From contig OU015570.1 of NCBI GenBank assembly GCA_907165135.1, positions 1,426,001 through 1,490,000 on the forward strand: 64,000 bases of DNA, written 5' to 3'. Source of the stretch: Oikopleura dioica. Taxonomy: Eukaryota > Animalia > Chordata. Below, one piece after another: positions 26,301 to 37,562 of this stretch (position 1 is the stretch's first letter; the number at the start of each line of letters is the position of its first letter). The position numbers and the translations under genes were made by a program. Below the pieces are notes generated by a model that saw nothing but the letters and a program-made list of their open reading frames with translations, ran no database searches and was not told the origin of the DNA.

Positions 26301-28531
26301 CAGGGCTCCGAATCGCGGGGGCGCGCGCCGTGAGCGCCAGAGTTTGAACGCAAGCGCGAACGAGAATCTCGGGAGCAAGCGGCGCCCTCCCGAGCAAGTT
26401 GGGGAGCAAAATTTCAAAATGAAAGTGCCGGCGGGTCCGAGTTTGCGCCTCTTTTCTCGGTTTATAATCGATCAGCTTGTGAAAAATTGAATGAAAGAAT
26501 CTTACCCTGAAGAATATCTTTAAAAATTATGATAAATTATCTTCATTATGAATTTTGACATGAGCTATTTTCAAAAATTCTTTTTGCATATATAATTTAT
26601 ATACACTCTTCTTTCTATTGTAGTTTTAAGTTTTTCTCTATCATTCTTAATTCAGTCGCTATCGACGAAAGAAAATTTTAACTTCAAATGGATTCAGCAC
26701 TTTCGATTTTGAAGATATGAAATTATATGTAAAAGCTTCCACCAGAAAGCCAAGAAAATTCTGATCAAAAGTTATCTAATGAGGTCTTATGAAAATCATT
26801 AAAGTAGTAATAAAAATCTATAATCCATACAGTATGGACCATACTATGGAGCCTAAGTACCGAGGGCGAGAGATTTCACGACGGAGAGCGAAATAGATTG
26901 GGGCATTTGCGCGTGTTTTTCTCGTCCCAATCTTTTTGCTATTTTTGGCGCGCATCTTGCGCCACGTGGGAGTGGGTCCTCCGCGAAGAACAACAACAAC
27001 CCCCGTCTAGAAACATTTTTCACAATTCACCTCTCTCAATAATTGACCTTAGAAACTTCTTCTTCCTTCAATTTTTATAACTTTGATTTTGTTTTAATAA
27101 TAAATAAACTAAATAATAATAATTTGTAAATAATAATCAAAGAAAATCTTTAAATTAAAAATATATTCAAAACCATAACATAATTGAAAACTTGATCAAT
27201 TTGAATTTTAAAGACGATGGGTGTGGGCGGGGTTGGGGACTGAGATTGATCACCTCGGAGTTCCCAGCCATTGTCAAGCCCCTTAAATTTAAAAATCATG
27301 GAACGGGGCTGAGACGGCCCGAAGGGCCGTCAAGCCCCTTAAATTTAAAAATCATGGAACGGGGCTGAGACGGCCCGAAGGGCCGTCAAGCCCTTAAATT
27401 TAAAAATCATGGAACGGGGCTGAGACGGCCCGAAGGGCCGTCAAGCCCTTAAATTTAAAAATCATGGAACGGGGCTGAGACGGCCCGAAGGGCCGTCAAG
27501 CCCTTAAATTTAAAAATCATGGAACGGGGCTGAGACGGCCCGAAGGGCCGTCAAGCCCTTAAATTTAAAAATCATGGAACGGGGCTGAGACGGCCCGAAG
27601 GCCTGAATTTTTAGGGTCTTCCAGGAAGGCCGGTCTTCCACCAGAAAAGGTCCTCCAGGGGTCCTCCAAGAGTCACATGATCAAGATTTTTTAAAATTTT
27701 TATCTATTTATAAGTTAAAGATTAAATAATCTTAAAGAGTCTAGGTTAGACCTATCTTCCATCAATTGGGTCTTCCACCAGATAAAAGTCCTCCATTAGG
27801 CATGGGAAAATACTTGAATGTGCGCGAAATATTCAAAACCCCGGCCCGGGCCCTCAGACTCCGTCGTGATATCTCTCGCCCACGGTAGTCTAAGAGTAGT
27901 CTAAGAGTATGGACCATAGTTATTAGCGCATACTTAGCGGGAATCAAGCGCAAACAAGCCAAAATATTGCCTCGCGCAACGCGAACGCCCGCTGTGGAAC
28001 CGATCCACTCTGGAAAAGCTCACCATCCACTCGGCAGGTGATTGTTATCATAACCCCATTAGGTAACTTAAGTACAGAATTTTCTCGGCTTTTCGGTGAA
28101 TCAAATTTCGTTGAGAACAAATAAAGTTTTCAGGAGTTTATTCCTTTTGAAGTTGAATTTCTCTTTTTCACTCTAGCTCAAGAATTAATTGTGATGAGGA
28201 AAATCTGAAAGTGGGAGGTGAAGGCTGAGAGAATGTAGATATGTTTAACAAACAAAAATTTCGAAAAACTTTTCTGAAACATCAATGGCGACCGCGTGAA
28301 GTAGGACTTCGCGTTACTCGCCCGGGTACTCCTATACATCGGCGCGGCGCTGCTAGCTCGGTCCGCGCTCGGCCAGAACCTCGGCGGGATCGAGCCCTTG
28401 GAGCCCGTGAGCGCTGAAAAATGTTGCTCCCGAATTTTTGGGGAGGGCGCACCTTGCGCCCAAGAGTTTTGTTCGCGCGCGCGGTTTGACTTGGCCGCTC
28501 CCGGCGCACGCCCCCGCGATTTGGAGCCCTG
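26301..28531. mobile_element. hAT-type non-autonomous element carrying nested repeats
   Basis: TIR CAGGGCTCC/GGAGCCCTG with about 110-bp homologous subterminal arms. Exact 8-bp TSD CTTCTGAC (26293-26300, 28532-28539). Confidence 0.88.
27273..27603. repeat. 55-56-bp minisatellite, 6 units, with GACGGCCC-GAA-GGGCCGTC hairpin
   Basis: Units start at 27273, 27329, 27385, 27440, 27495, 27550. Confidence 0.95.
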
Positions 28532-28653
28532 CTTCTGACAAAATTAAGATCTAGAATAGTTCTTTATTTGGAAATGATTAGAAACCTTCCACCATTTACA
28601 GGTTTTCAGGAATACGGCCTCAAACGTAGCCTGATCGATACCCGTAGCCTTAA

Positions 28654-29116
28654 CCCGTTGCCGAGCGCGTAGCATCCTGAATGTTGGATGAAAAATTAAC
28701 ATTGAGAATTCTCGAAGATTTTTTGATTTTAAAAATTTCAACTTTTCTCAAATAGATCTTACGCTTTAAAATTATAAAAATATTGTTGTATGCCGCTAGA
28801 AAATGGAAAAGAAAAGTGAAGTCAGCCCTCGCGGCGCTGCCTTTCTTTTGTTTTACAGCGCGCCATCGTCTTTTCTCTAGACTTGAACAATGGCGCCGCT
28901 GAAGGAACCCTCATTATTTCGTGATTTTCGGTCTTTTACCTATTCGGAAACTTTGTGAAAAGGTATGAATCTAGTAGCTAAGGCTTTAGTGAATACCCAC
29001 AATTAAAAATTATGAATAAAGACAAAGTAAAAATGGGAGAAAAATGCGCTCAAAGTCGTAGCATTTAGGATGCTACGCGAGCGGCAAGCCAATGTAGCGG
29101 AGCGCTCGGCAACGGG
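28654..29116. mobile_element. piggyBac-type MITE
   Basis: TTAA|CCCGTTGCCGAGCGC ... GCGCTCGGCAACGGG|TTAA (15-bp perfect TIR). Confidence 0.9.
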
Positions 29117-29383
29117 TTAAAGTGGACATTTTCATTATTAGGGTTAGAAAAATCCGTCGCCACAAATACCATAGACATCGGTTTCAAGGATCTCCATCGA
29201 GACGAGTATCAGGCGAAATTGCATCTCGCGAAGCAGGAGGACAAGCACGTTATGCACAAAGGCATGCTTGTGCCTACCAAGAAGACAAACTTACGCGTGA
29301 AAATCCTCCTCCACGAGCAGAATATTCTGCAGCAAAATCCGCTTCCCTAATGAGCAAAAACTGCTTTCATCGAACCAGGGAAT

Positions 29384-29643
29384 GGGAAACGGTCGGTTAC
29401 AATACCAATTGGTATTCCAATACCAATTTTGGTATTCCAATACCAAAGTCGGCAAAAAATTGCCAATTTTTTAACTTAAAAGTCGGTTGTGCGCTTCGCG
29501 CCTGTATTATAAGATACCTAAGGAGTGTTTTTAATAATTTCTTTGGCAAAAAGTCCAAATTTTTTAAAAGAAGTTGGTATTGGAATACCAATTTTTGGTA
29601 TTGGAATACCAAAAAAGCTTTGGTATTGTAACCGACCGTTCCC
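29384..29643. mobile_element. MITE with GGTATTCCAATACC modular termini
   Basis: TIR GGGAAACGGTCGGTTACAATACC / GGTATTGTAACCGACCGTTCCC. Confidence 0.8.
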
Positions 29644-30364
29644 GTTTTCTTGGACATATTTGCAAGGATGTTCCATTTTTGTGGACATTTGTCCAGCCGA
29701 GAAAATTTAAAAGGAAAAAATAGGGTGTTTTTTTCAAAAATCAGGAATTTTTATTAGAAATCAATGGCTTTTACTGTTTAATTGACCAAAAATGGTGAAA
29801 AAAGGTAAAAATACGTTTCAATGATGAAATTTGCCATTTTTCAAAGAAAAATTTATCAAAGAAAAATTTTGAGCCCCTATATCATATAGGCTATATGTCA
29901 AGAAAAGCCGAGATCCCTAGAAAAAATGATGACAAAGAATGCGACGAGCACGTAAACCTTCGAGGTAGAAGGTTTACGTGTTTAAATTTAATCCATTTAA
30001 ATTAAAAAGCCAGAGATCGCTTACTTATATCCAAAAATAGTAATTTTGCTGACAATTGGAGGTGCCAGACCTATTATATGTCCCACAAAAACCCTATAAA
30101 ATGAAGAAGATGTCCACGAAATTGGGGTCAACAAAAGAGGAAAAAACTGTACCAATAAAAAATAGAAAACGACTAGGACTCATTATTTGAAATTCCGATT
30201 CCGAAACTCACAACGTACCCAAAAAATTGAGATTGAATTTACGCCGAAGTAGCATTTGAAAAATATCTGTCTTATTTTTATTTAACAGTTTTATTTTACA
30301 GATAGAAACATTGTAAAATTAAGTAGGAGCCTCTGACAAATTTCCAAGTTTTTGAGGGTAATCC

Positions 30365-30961
30365 TATACATCGGCGCGGCGCTGCTCGCTCGATCCGCGC
30401 TCCTCCAGAACCTATTTTCACTAGGCCATAAAATTCGAACGGAGTGGGATTTTCAAAATTCAAAGATTTGTAATCCTTTAACTCTCTTCTATTGCTCTAA
30501 CAAAAATGAAAAAATCGGCACTGAGAAACTATCAGAAAACCGCCGGTTTCTTTTAAAAGACATTTCCCGCCATTTTTCTCATTCAAATTTCACGAAAATC
30601 AGATGGTCTTGTAGAGAATCGTCTATTCTTCTCTGCTGGAGCGCGCCGTGAGAAATAGGAAGAAAAGAGGCGCTAAGAAGCATAGCGCTGATTCTCTACA
30701 AGACCATCTGATTTTCGTGAAATTTTAATGAGAAATGTGGCGGAAAATGTCTTTCGATGGAAACCGGCGCTTTTCAGATAGTTTCTCGTTGCCGATTTTT
30801 TCATTTTTGCTAGAGCAATAGAAGAGAGTTTAAGGATTACGAATCTTTTGAATTTTGAAAAATCTTACTCCGTTCGAATTTTATGGCCTAGTGAAAAATC
30901 TTTCCTAGTAAAAGGTTCTGGCGGAGCGCGGATCGAGCGAGCAGCGCCGCGCCGATGAATA
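30365..30961. mobile_element. Near-fully palindromic MITE
   Basis: About 290-bp inverted arms starting TATACATCGGCGCGGCGCTGCTCG; partial relative at about 28335. Confidence 0.8.
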
Positions 30962-31229
30962 GCGGTCGTCACTTCCAATCTTTCGGGATCGCTCGAATCA
31001 TTCGGGAGTTTTGGTGGGGATCACGCTATAAAAAAGTGGTATAAATGCCGAATTCGGGCATTTGCCGAATCAAAACGATAATTCTATCTGTCTTCGTCAA
31101 ATTCGATGGTCTTAGAAGGCCAGACCTTTTATCAATGGTGAATTCGCAGTGAAAGAGAATGTGTTCGCTCCGCGCCTGTCTTATAGAGAATTTCATGAGC
31201 TTTAGATCCACTTATTCGAGTAAATTATT

Positions 31230-31430
31230 AAAGGGTTAGCGCATTCCGGGCGAACCCGTTGAACTCTGATACTGATCAGTGGGACGTTGCGCGCGCAGTG
31301 CCAGTCTCGGCTGGCCAGTTGTCTCTCGAATAAAGTAGAAGCAGCAGCTAAAAACTAGAATTGTTGTCTTTTATTCCCAGGAGCTAGAGTCTCAGTGGGA
31401 GAGTGTTTCCAGCAAATGCATTGACCCTTT
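31230..31430. mobile_element. 201-bp insertion with 6-bp TSD inside a MITE
   Basis: ATTATT|AAAGGGTTAGCGCATT ... AATGCATTGACCCTTT|ATTATT; the empty site is visible in the paralogous MITE at about 15181. Confidence 0.7.
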
Positions 31431-31575
31431 ATTATTTTCTTTTTCGTCAAGCCTTAATTTGCTTCAATAAAGACGTACTTTGACGTAACTGTATGGCTTT
31501 AAATATTTTCTGGGTCAGAAATTACTGAAAATCATAGCTTTTTCCGAAGAGCCACAAAAGGCGAAGGACGAGTTC

Positions 31576-32064
31576 GTGATCTCGCTGCGAGAAGGCATGA
31601 TCGCCGTCTTCAAAGCGGTTTTTGCGACATTGTTCACGGAGCTGCTCCCGATGCTCATGGACCCGGAGAGGCTTCAGCGAGGCACGCTTACTCGCGTTGT
31701 TGCGAAGTTGAAACAGGGTCTGCTCGATTCCGTCGGTGATAACGTCGGGGCTGTTCGCATCTCTCGATGGTTGGAAAAGGCGAGATCTACGCAATCCAGC
31801 CTGTCGCGACACGAAGCTGTTGCCTCCCTGCGAAAAGTCTTTCCCACCTCTTCCGACATCGTGCCCAATGCCTACAAGGTTTGGGGACTGGCTGAGATCG
31901 ACAAGAAGATCGCCAAGGGCATCTCCAACTGGAATGATGCCTCTCAAGCGGCTGCGCCGAGCTCTGAAACGGAGCCTTACTTTCCTAAAGTGACTGCGGT
32001 CGGGCAGGTTAGCCCATACCAGTCCATGTCTTTCACTGAACAAGCCCGCAGTCACTACTTCTGA
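31576..32064 (+). CDS. ORF1 (C-terminal part; gag-position helical protein) of element A
   Basis: HEAVASLRKVFP..YKVWGLAEIDKKIAKGI aligns with element B WDAIRTLRKIWP..YRALNLNDIDNRLERGL. Confidence 0.7.
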   Translation: MISLREGMIAVFKAVFATLFTELLPMLMDPERLQRGTLTRVVAKLKQGLLDSVGDNVGAVRISRWLEKARSTQSSLSRHEAVASLRKVFPTSSDIVPNAYKVWGLAEIDKKIAKGISNWNDASQAAAPSSETEPYFPKVTAVGQVSPYQSMSFTEQARSHYF

Positions 32065-32403
32065 CTTTCCCTGCCGTCAATGCTGCCCCAGGTCGTCTTC
32101 TGCTTGCTTTTCTGATTGCAATTGCCAGTTGAAAAAGATATTGATCTTTTTCCTTCAAAAACCCTTTTTCAGAAGGATAAAATGAAAGAGGGTAATTGCT
32201 TGCCCACAGCTGCTGCAGCGTCCGAAACCTTTTCCAACTGGGCAACAGAATCGATCCGAATGAGTGATAGCGTCTCACAGAATAGCTGGGTGCCTAGCGA
32301 AGGAGAAGCAGCTTCCGTGGATACAGGAATTTTCTCCAACTGAGCTGTCCATGACATCTGAAGCTGCAATGCTTATGACTACAACTCCCAAAGGTTTTTC
32401 AAC

Positions 32404-34800
32404 TTGTACTTCAGATTCAGAAATCAAATGGGGAGAGTCGCTCGAGAAATGGCGGAGCTGGTTCAAAACGGGCGTTACAATGTTAAGAAAAGGGAGAGAA
32501 TTAGAGCGTGCTCTTTAAACCAGTCCCCGGAGGATGAGAATGCCCCCTTTGGTCCAACGGAGATTGGCACGCTTATGGGTGGAAAGCCTTAGATTTGATT
32601 ATTCCGCTTTTAGAAGGGAAAATTACTTCATCGTGGGATATGGTCAAATTTAGGTCGGAGAAAGATTTTGTCTGCGGTACTTTTTGCGAATTTAATGATG
32701 TGTGGCTGCCAATGATCAACCTTATGCCGCTTGAAGTTAGAGGGCAGTTATATCACACGGTATTTAACGAAGTTAATTTGTTTGATAACCTCGACAGGAT
32801 TGATCCACCCAAATTTGTGTGGTATAAGAACCACAAGGTCTGCACCTTTTATACCAGAAACCCGGATAATAAAAAGCTCCTAGCTTATAGGGGTAAGAAT
32901 GAGCCCAGAGCGAAGTCGGGGAATATGAATACCCCAGAAATGTTTAATATCCAGTTTTTGCTTCTGGACCGCTCAAGGGCAGCCCTTTTCGAGTTGAGAA
33001 TAGAAGGGACATTGGAAGTTTCCATGAGCCCATTCTTAAGCAGCTTATAAGCTGGGCAGACAGTTCTTCGGTAGAAGTCGTCGATAAAACAAAAGTCAAC
33101 CCCTAGCTTCAAGCAAATATGGTTGTAGTGCCGAAACAAGGCGCAGACAAGGTCCGAATCTGCTACAACGGGGGCCCCCTGAAGGTCATAGAAAAATTTA
33201 CCCAGCCTTGTAGGCTGGATAGTTGAGCCGAAGTGTTGCACTTTATCCGCAAAGGGGACCTTCTGTCAAAATTAGACGATAAGAGTGGCTTCTTCCACCT
33301 CAAGTTGGACAATTTTAGTAGAGAATTGGCCAGCTTTTTCGCTATAATGCCGGGGCGTTTGGGCTGCCCAAGCTCCCCGGCATTTATCAGCTGGTTAATA
33401 ATACGCCAGTTAACTTTCTAAGGCATTTCGGGATTCATATCTTTTTGTATTTGGACGATCGCCTCATCATTTTGCGCCCTAAGAATAAAATCGAGGCAAA
33501 GGCTATTAAAAAGGACAGTCTTATTAACGACAGCAGTTGGCACTTTTCTTAACAGAGAAAAGAGTGACCTTCTTCCAAAATCAGAATTGGAGTTCTTGGG
33601 TTTTACCCTGAACACGGATAGGTGCACTTTCCGGATTCCAAATGATAAATGGCAGCGGTTCTGCTCAACCCTCACCAAAATACTAAAGGGAAAGTCCACG
33701 CAGTGGCCCTCGAAAAGCTCAGAGGAAAAATGGCTAGCTTTTCGTTGGTAGCGCTTAATATGCGCATGTATATTAGGGAAACGACCAATGCCCTGGTCAA
33801 TGCGACTGATGAGTGGATCAAGGTAGAAGGTTGCTGAAAGATGAGTTGCGAGCTTGGCTTGAGACTCGTGTGATCCTCAAAGAGAGATCATGGCTGAAAC
33901 CTGGTCTGAACACGGTTAAAACAGAGGTTTGCACTGATGCTTCAAACTCGGCTGCCGGGTTATACATTCAGTCCGAAAAGCTGGAATTGTCAGTTTCATG
34001 GCCGGAAGGTCACAGCATTGCAACTCAGTCGATTTTCGCTAAAGAAGCTTGGGCTATCTTGTATCTTATCAAGACTTTTGGCTCAAGATTTGAAAATTCC
34101 AGGCTGATGCTCTATAACGACAATCAGAACGTGGTTGATACATTTTTGGTGGTAGTCGGAACATGTACATCAACAACATTCTTGAGGAGATTCACATGCG
34201 AGCTCAAGACCATAATATAAAGATGGAAATAAGCTGGGTTCCCACTACTGATCAAAAAGCCGATGCGGCGTCAAGAACTCAAGACAACAAGGAAGCAATT
34301 TTTCGTGAGAGCGCCTTCTTGCGAGTTCAAAAGACCTAGGTCTTTGCTTTTCCCTTGATGCTCTGGCTACCGAGGCCAACACCAAATGCCCCTGTTTTAT
34401 TACAAGAAAAAGAGCGAGAGATCCTTCGCAACCGATTTCTTCACGGTTAAAGACTTCGGCAATCATGTGATCTGGGCTTTCCCCCAAGGCCTATCACTAC
34501 GGCAGTTTTTCTTATCTCCAAAAAGCAGCGAGAAAAAACTTGTAGGTTTTAGTTATTGCGGAACTCAAACACATATCTCCCATTTGGCCAGAAATTTTAA
34601 ATCTCCCTTATTTCAAAAGAATAGACTTGGATTACAACGAGCCTCCAGTCATGTACCCGTCAGCAGACTTGGACAGCGAACTCGGCTATTGGCGAATTCC
34701 GAAGAGAGTGCACTTCTCGCTGCTTCTGCATTCTCCCGAAAAATTTGCCTCAGTTCCTTTCTTCATGAGTCCTTTAAAAAGTCTTCCTATCCTCCTCTGA
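32404..34800 (+). pseudogene. pol: pol of element A: N-terminal extension, RT, RNase H, methyltransferase-like domain
   Basis: KLDDKSGFFHL; AFGLPKLPGIYQ; YLDD at 33448-33459; EFLGF; VCTDAS..KEAWAI..NDN..WVPTTDQKADAASR; LDALATEANTKC..IWAFP (MT-like). Multiple frameshifts. Confidence 0.88.
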
Positions 34801-34833
34801 AAACTTTTAAATTTTGAACCATCGTTAATTAGA

Positions 34834-36117
34834 ATGTCGCTTCCGACGTTTCTGCCCTTGAATGCCTCGACGGATAAGGCGATAAGACAACGCTGCGACA
34901 GATGGAGCTGAAAAATCCACCACGCCCATCTCGGAGCAAGACTACCGGAACATCTTGAATGGTCAACTGGCCGATCACGACTACAGGTTCATCTACGATC
35001 TCCTGGTCGACTCCAAAGAGGCAGTTAAGGAAAACATGCAGAGCATCAACGTCGCCACTAAGGAACGAGCGGAGGCGGTTCGAATCTACGATATCTGGAA
35101 GCGTTGCGAATCTTGGGTTGCCCAAGGTAATTTACCTTCTGGTTATTACTCCTCGTTGTTTCTTAAGGGAACAAGATACACGTGGATGACCAGCCTAATT
35201 GGGATCGTGACGCTGAAGACGTCAAGTCAGCTGTGGACAACGAAGAAGCTAAACTGCGATCTCTTCCCTCGGAACGCCTCAAGCTTCAAGATGCGCTTCA
35301 AAAGAACGAGGCCAATTTGAAGAAGTTCGTGATGCATAACATGCAGAGCTCTTTCGTCTTTGAGCAAGGGGGATCTTACTTCCAAGTCAGCCTGGGTGCG
35401 TCAAAACTTCGGCAGCCGAAGCACAAAAACCTGGATTACCTGGGCATTGAACTCCGCAACATTGTCACGGACGAGGATACCGTTCGCTCGCTTAAGTTCA
35501 AAGATGTTTCCACCTTCATCAGAACTTACACCGAAGCGGCGGGCCACATGCACAGCGACTACCACAACCTCACCCGCATCAAGTTGGAATTGATGAACAA
35601 CCCGCGAATGTCGAGATACGCCTGCTTGAACTTCATCAAATCCATCTGTGATTTGAGCTTGCAAACCGACATGGTGGCGCTGGTCAATCGCCTTATCCTC
35701 GATCCAGAGGCGAAGAAGGATCTGAGCAACAGCGTCGACCCTGCTACTTCAAACGAGCAGCTCGTCAACCAGAAGAGGGCTCCCTTCATGACGAAGAAAA
35801 ACTACCAGGAGACCCTCACCAAATACGCGTCAGAAATGACCGCCGAGCAGAAGAAAGAGTACGGCTACATTGAGCCGAAACGTCAGCGATCTCGTCAGCG
35901 TCAGCGCAACCGAAATGGCCGAGGTCGTGGTGGAGCTCGCAGTCACTGGGGTGGCGGATCATGAGGTGGTATCTCTTCCAACTGGGGGAACTCTGGTGGC
36001 ATTTCCGGCCAATGAAACAACAACTACCGTGGCCGAGGTAGAGGTAGAGGCTTGTACCGTGGTGGCGCTCGCTCTGGACAAGCGCCTTCTGCAGACAACA
36101 AATCGCCGCCGAAATAA
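34834..36117 (+). pseudogene. ORF-X of element A (coiled-coil N-terminus, RGG-rich tail), spliced
   Basis: A 41-nt GT-AG intron (35127-35167) joins WVAQG|NKIHVDDQPNW. The tail GRGRGG..RGRGRGRG carries two TGA lesions and there is a frameshift near the start. Confidence 0.75.
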
Positions 36118-36275
36118 CTTCTGGTCTTCTTTAAAAGAGCTACTAAGCCCAATTCCCTTTCCGGAGTCACCTCGACTGCCTGGGTAGCATACCATTTATC
36201 CTAGCTCATTTATTCTCCAAATTCTTCCTAAACTAATTTGATTAGTTTCGTTTAGTCCTTTTAGCGCTCTTTAGA

Positions 36276-37142
36276 ATGAGCGACAAGCGAAATTCTTTTC
36301 CTCTCAGCCCGTTTGAGCGAATGTCGCAGAAGGAGCGGATTAACTGGGTCATCTCCGAATGGAGAAAATCTGTTAAAAACAAGAGAAAAGCGGCCACTCC
36401 GGGGATGATGAAAAAATTCCTAGAAGAACTCGAGGTTCAGAACCCGAGTTCTCCAGTAGGATGGTCCGTCCTTAAAAGGGCAATCGAGTTCGGGGTTTCG
36501 GAATATCAGGGAAAGGACCTGATCCCTGGTGCCAGGGCTGAACTCAAGCTCTGGAGCAACGCAAGAGTGCGGGCGCAGGCTTCGGAAGATTTACAGTAGC
36601 CGAAGCAAGCGCCCGCATTCTCCGAAGGCCAAACCACTGATCTCTGCAAAGAAATGTGGAGATCTGACAACAACAAGGCCAAGCAGGCGACCGTAGTGGC
36701 GGGCCTATCTTTTTACACCGGAGCCCGCACTATTGAGATCTGCTCGTTGTACATCGAGGATCTAGAGGTGACTCAATCTGACGAGGCCCTCTTCATCTCG
36801 ATGCCTTTGCGTTTTTCCAAAGGTAACCCCAGGAAAGAGCGCAGAGAAAGACTTGCGCTCCCGATCTTGAGCTCTACCCCCATCCCGCTCATGACATGGC
36901 TGAGGTCAAGCCATATCCTGAATGGGAGATCAAAGGGCCGACTGTTCTCGGTGAACACTCGTAACTGTAACTATCATAACAAGGCTGCTGCAGCTCGCTT
37001 AAACTGGGATACAGCTCCGAGTGGACACTCTTTTCGAGTCAGTTTTGTCCTTAACGCTCTTGTTGCAAGAGCCTCAGAGGACGACATTATCCAAGCTTGT
37101 CGCTTGCGTCACGGTGACATGCTTAATATTTACCGAACGTAG
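36276..37142 (+). pseudogene. Tyrosine recombinase of element A (one nonsense codon at about 36597)
   Basis: YTGARTIE (Arg), FSKGNP (Lys), SGHSFRVS (HxxR), terminal Tyr in LNIYRT; LQ*PKQA matches LQYPKQA in element B. Confidence 0.9.
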
Positions 37143-37562
37143 CTCCATAATACGATCCATGGGGCCCCCTTCAGGATTGTCAGGGCAATCCGAAATCAAG
37201 CGGGTGGTGAGGATTCCCCCTTATCTTGCCAACCTCTCGCCACCCCCGCTCGCTCGATCAACGGCAACTATGTTTGAACGGGACCAGGCACAGTCCTCTT
37301 CTACCCCCGTCGAAGCTTTGGATGCCGAAGTCTCCGTGGGGATAGAAAAGATTGACCTTACAAATGAGTCGGCCGCTCCCCTAAAAGCTTATCCAAACAA
37401 CGCTCAAGGTGGTGAAGAAGGAAAAATCCGCTCTTCCGAAAGTCGAAGTCAAAAATTTTCCTGAGCTTTGAAATTTGGAAAATATTTGCTTGGGCAGCCC
37501 AAGCTCTAGTTTGCTTTCCGGATCAGTGTTTTTCTAAAAATTCCGCACGTTTAGACTACTCT

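Noticed and set aside
27273-27603. CRISPR-like appearance of palindromic repeats (also 6987-7140, 18901-19190)
   Set aside because: Units are contiguous and identical with no unique spacers, there are no cas genes, and the context is eukaryotic.
29122-29710. ORFs across MITEs (also 9472-9894, 22540-22968, 25264-26132)
   Set aside because: They translate terminal repeat modules and have no protein motifs.
31522-32055. Antisense ORFs over elements A and B (also 53551-53901, 49059-49337)
   Set aside because: Shadows of genes whose sense strand is supported by motifs or A/B homology.
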